Source: Candidatus Aminicenantes bacterium (GTDB lineage Bacteria > Acidobacteriota > Aminicenantia > Aminicenantales > JAFGBC01). From it: a stretch of 64,000 nt of DNA. Made by a program: the position numbers and the translations under genes. Position 1 is the first letter of the stretch. Each line of letters starts with the position of its first letter. The DNA lies in assembly GCA_963702005.1 (NCBI GenBank), contig OY969696.1:3680001-3744000 (forward strand), in the 5' to 3' direction. Positions 62,451 to 64,000 of this stretch are shown piece by piece. The notes beneath the pieces are model-generated. The model had not been told where the DNA came from. It searched no databases and worked only from the letters and a program-made list of their open reading frames with translations.

Positions 62451-62526
62451 CGTATCAAGATAAGTTAATAACTTCAGGGCCATCATATAGCTCTCTTCAG
62501 CTCGCCGCCTGAGTTACCGGGAAGGC
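62451..62526. repeat. ~75 bp imperfect direct repeat, copy 2
   Basis: Similar to 56626-56699. Confidence 0.7.
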
Positions 62527-62540
62527 TTTGAAATCGCTAT

Positions 62541-63896
62541 TCAAACCGGCTTTTGGATCGCGTTTCGGACAGCATCCGGATCCAAAGACGGGTTCCGATC
62601 AAGGATGTCCACTACCCTTTCCGGGATTGGCGTATAGAGCTTCCTGAGGTCATCCATAAACACGGGGCGGATGGAGAGGCGCTCCTTGGGCTCACGCAGC
62701 TTGGGATTCCACTCGACCACGAGAAAGCTCAGGTAAAGGAACAAATCGGCGTCGGCTAGGGCGTCCTTTTGGAGGAGGGAGGCGAGCCTTCCCACGAGCG
62801 TTCGGCTCCTTCCAAGGCGCGCCAGGACCTTATTCCCCAAGGCGGAGTATTCGCGCCACTGGTCGGCCGAAGGGTATAGGGGCTTGGCGCGATAATCCAT
62901 AGAGCGATAGTCCGTGGCATGAAGGGCCGATCCCCCTCCCCCGTTGATGATGTGGACGGGGGCGTCGTTCTTAAGGGGCGCGACGCCCGCTTCGCGCTCG
63001 AGGTATTTCGCGAAGGTGGAAGAATCGTACTCCTCATAGTTGTGATCGTGGCCGCAGATGATATGGCTGATCGAGCGGTGGCCGGCCAGGATGCGGTAGA
63101 GCGTCTTGAGCCTGACGGCCTTGTCGTTCTTCTGCTTGCAGAGGGCCGGGATATGAAAGAGGACGATGGACGTTTTGTCCTCGCGGTCGGCCAGGGTCAG
63201 CCGCTCCTCGAGCCATTGGTGCTGGCGCGTGTCCGGGGGCGTCGTTCTCCAGGGCCCGCGCAGACCGTCGAGCTTTCCCGACATCCCGGAGTCGATTCCG
63301 AGAATGACGAACGGAACGCCGGGGCTCTTGAGCTCCCAGTACGTCCCCGGCTGGGGGACGAAGCGGAGGCCGTGGTCCTCCCAGCGCTTGGCGTACTTCC
63401 TGGTGCAGAAGGTGTCGAAGTATTCCCGACCCTGGCCGGCCGAGTAATACTCGTGGTTTCCGGGGACGGACCAGATCGGGATTTGGAAATCGCGGTAGGG
63501 CTCGAAGAATCCGGCCAGGTAGTCGTCGCGGTCCCGGTTGTTGTTCTCATCGATCCGGCCCGCCGGGTTGGCCAGGTCGCCGACGATTATCATGAAATCG
63601 GGCTTGAGATGGTGGAGGAGGGGCAGGAGGCTGTATTGGGAGCGGTCCCCTTCGCCGGTATCCCCGAGGATGACGAAGCGAAATCCGCGAGAGGGATCGC
63701 GGGCGGGGTCGAGGAGATCGGCGAAGGATTGGGAGCGGCCGGGAGGGGCGGTCGGGTCGGCCGGGCCGAAGGCTTCCCGCCACGCGTTGGAATCGTCCGG
63801 ACGGAGGAAGCGGCGCGAGGCCCACAGGTTCGAAGGCTTGAGCCAAAATCCGGGTCCGCGGTTTTTGGCAAAAGCCGGGAAGCTGAATTTGACCAT
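62541..63896 (-). CDS. Calcineurin-like metallophosphoesterase
   Basis: GDTG, VGDLA, PGNHEYY, LFH, CGHDH, GGGG. Confidence 0.88.
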   Translation of the reverse strand: MVKFSFPAFAKNRGPGFWLKPSNLWASRRFLRPDDSNAWREAFGPADPTAPPGRSQSFADLLDPARDPSRGFRFVILGDTGEGDRSQYSLLPLLHHLKPDFMIIVGDLANPAGRIDENNNRDRDDYLAGFFEPYRDFQIPIWSVPGNHEYYSAGQGREYFDTFCTRKYAKRWEDHGLRFVPQPGTYWELKSPGVPFVILGIDSGMSGKLDGLRGPWRTTPPDTRQHQWLEERLTLADREDKTSIVLFHIPALCKQKNDKAVRLKTLYRILAGHRSISHIICGHDHNYEEYDSSTFAKYLEREAGVAPLKNDAPVHIINGGGGSALHATDYRSMDYRAKPLYPSADQWREYSALGNKVLARLGRSRTLVGRLASLLQKDALADADLFLYLSFLVVEWNPKLREPKERLSIRPVFMDDLRKLYTPIPERVVDILDRNPSLDPDAVRNAIQKPV

Positions 63897-63903
63897 CGGC
63901 GTT

Positions 63904-64000
63904 TTAGGCGTTCTGGGCGGTTGTCGCCGCGGCCTGATCCGTTCCGTTCGACTTGCTCCTCCCCTTCTGGAGGCGGAACAGCAGCGTCACGATATCGTTC
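63904..64000 (-). CDS. 3' end of an unidentified gene entering from the right edge
   Basis: Open frame NDIVTLLFRLQKGRSKSNGTDQAAATTAQNA-TAA ending 7 bp before the phosphoesterase ATG. Confidence 0.4.
   Translation of the reverse strand, partial: NDIVTLLFRLQKGRSKSNGTDQAAATTAQNA

Noticed and set aside
62541-63896. Metallophosphoesterase as part of the AbiE-WYL system
   Set aside because: Opposite strand, host-like GC, lies outside the 75 bp repeat and appears coupled to a gene beyond the window edge

Overview
GC-rich bacterial chromosomal segment; gene content and style (6-bladed beta-propeller, membrane-LuxR regulator, OM barrels) are suggestive of Ca. Aminicenantes/Acidobacteriota, but this is inference. 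1-2 kb: tRNA(Thr-Tyr-Gly-Thr)-rpmG-tRNA(Trp)-secE-nusG-rplK, without the usual tuf. 2-42 kb: housekeeping/metabolic genes (ECF sigma/anti-sigma, cysteine desulfurase, purB-S-Q-L-N, lsrF, tyrS, tandem-domain thyX, two Tat-signal enzymes, an incomplete methylmalonyl-CoA cluster, transporters), two PIN-type TA pairs and at least four families of short palindromic intergenic repeats. 42-62.5 kb: a defence hotspot with an AbiEi/AbiEii pair coupled to polX, an AT-rich island that replaces the 3' end of polX (Mrr-like REase, ApeA-like HEPN RNase, miniature IS3 relic, Mrr relic, and a two-gene 717 aa + 1621 aa DEAH/DUF1998 helicase module bracketed by two IS3 left ends), decayed genes, and a second AbiE pair whose toxin is fused to a WYL domain and a Zn finger. 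The AbiEii-WYL-ZnF toxin and the Druantia-like two-gene helicase module are the best candidates for undescribed systems. No CRISPR array or rRNA was seen. All family assignments are from motif recognition by eye; no searches were run.
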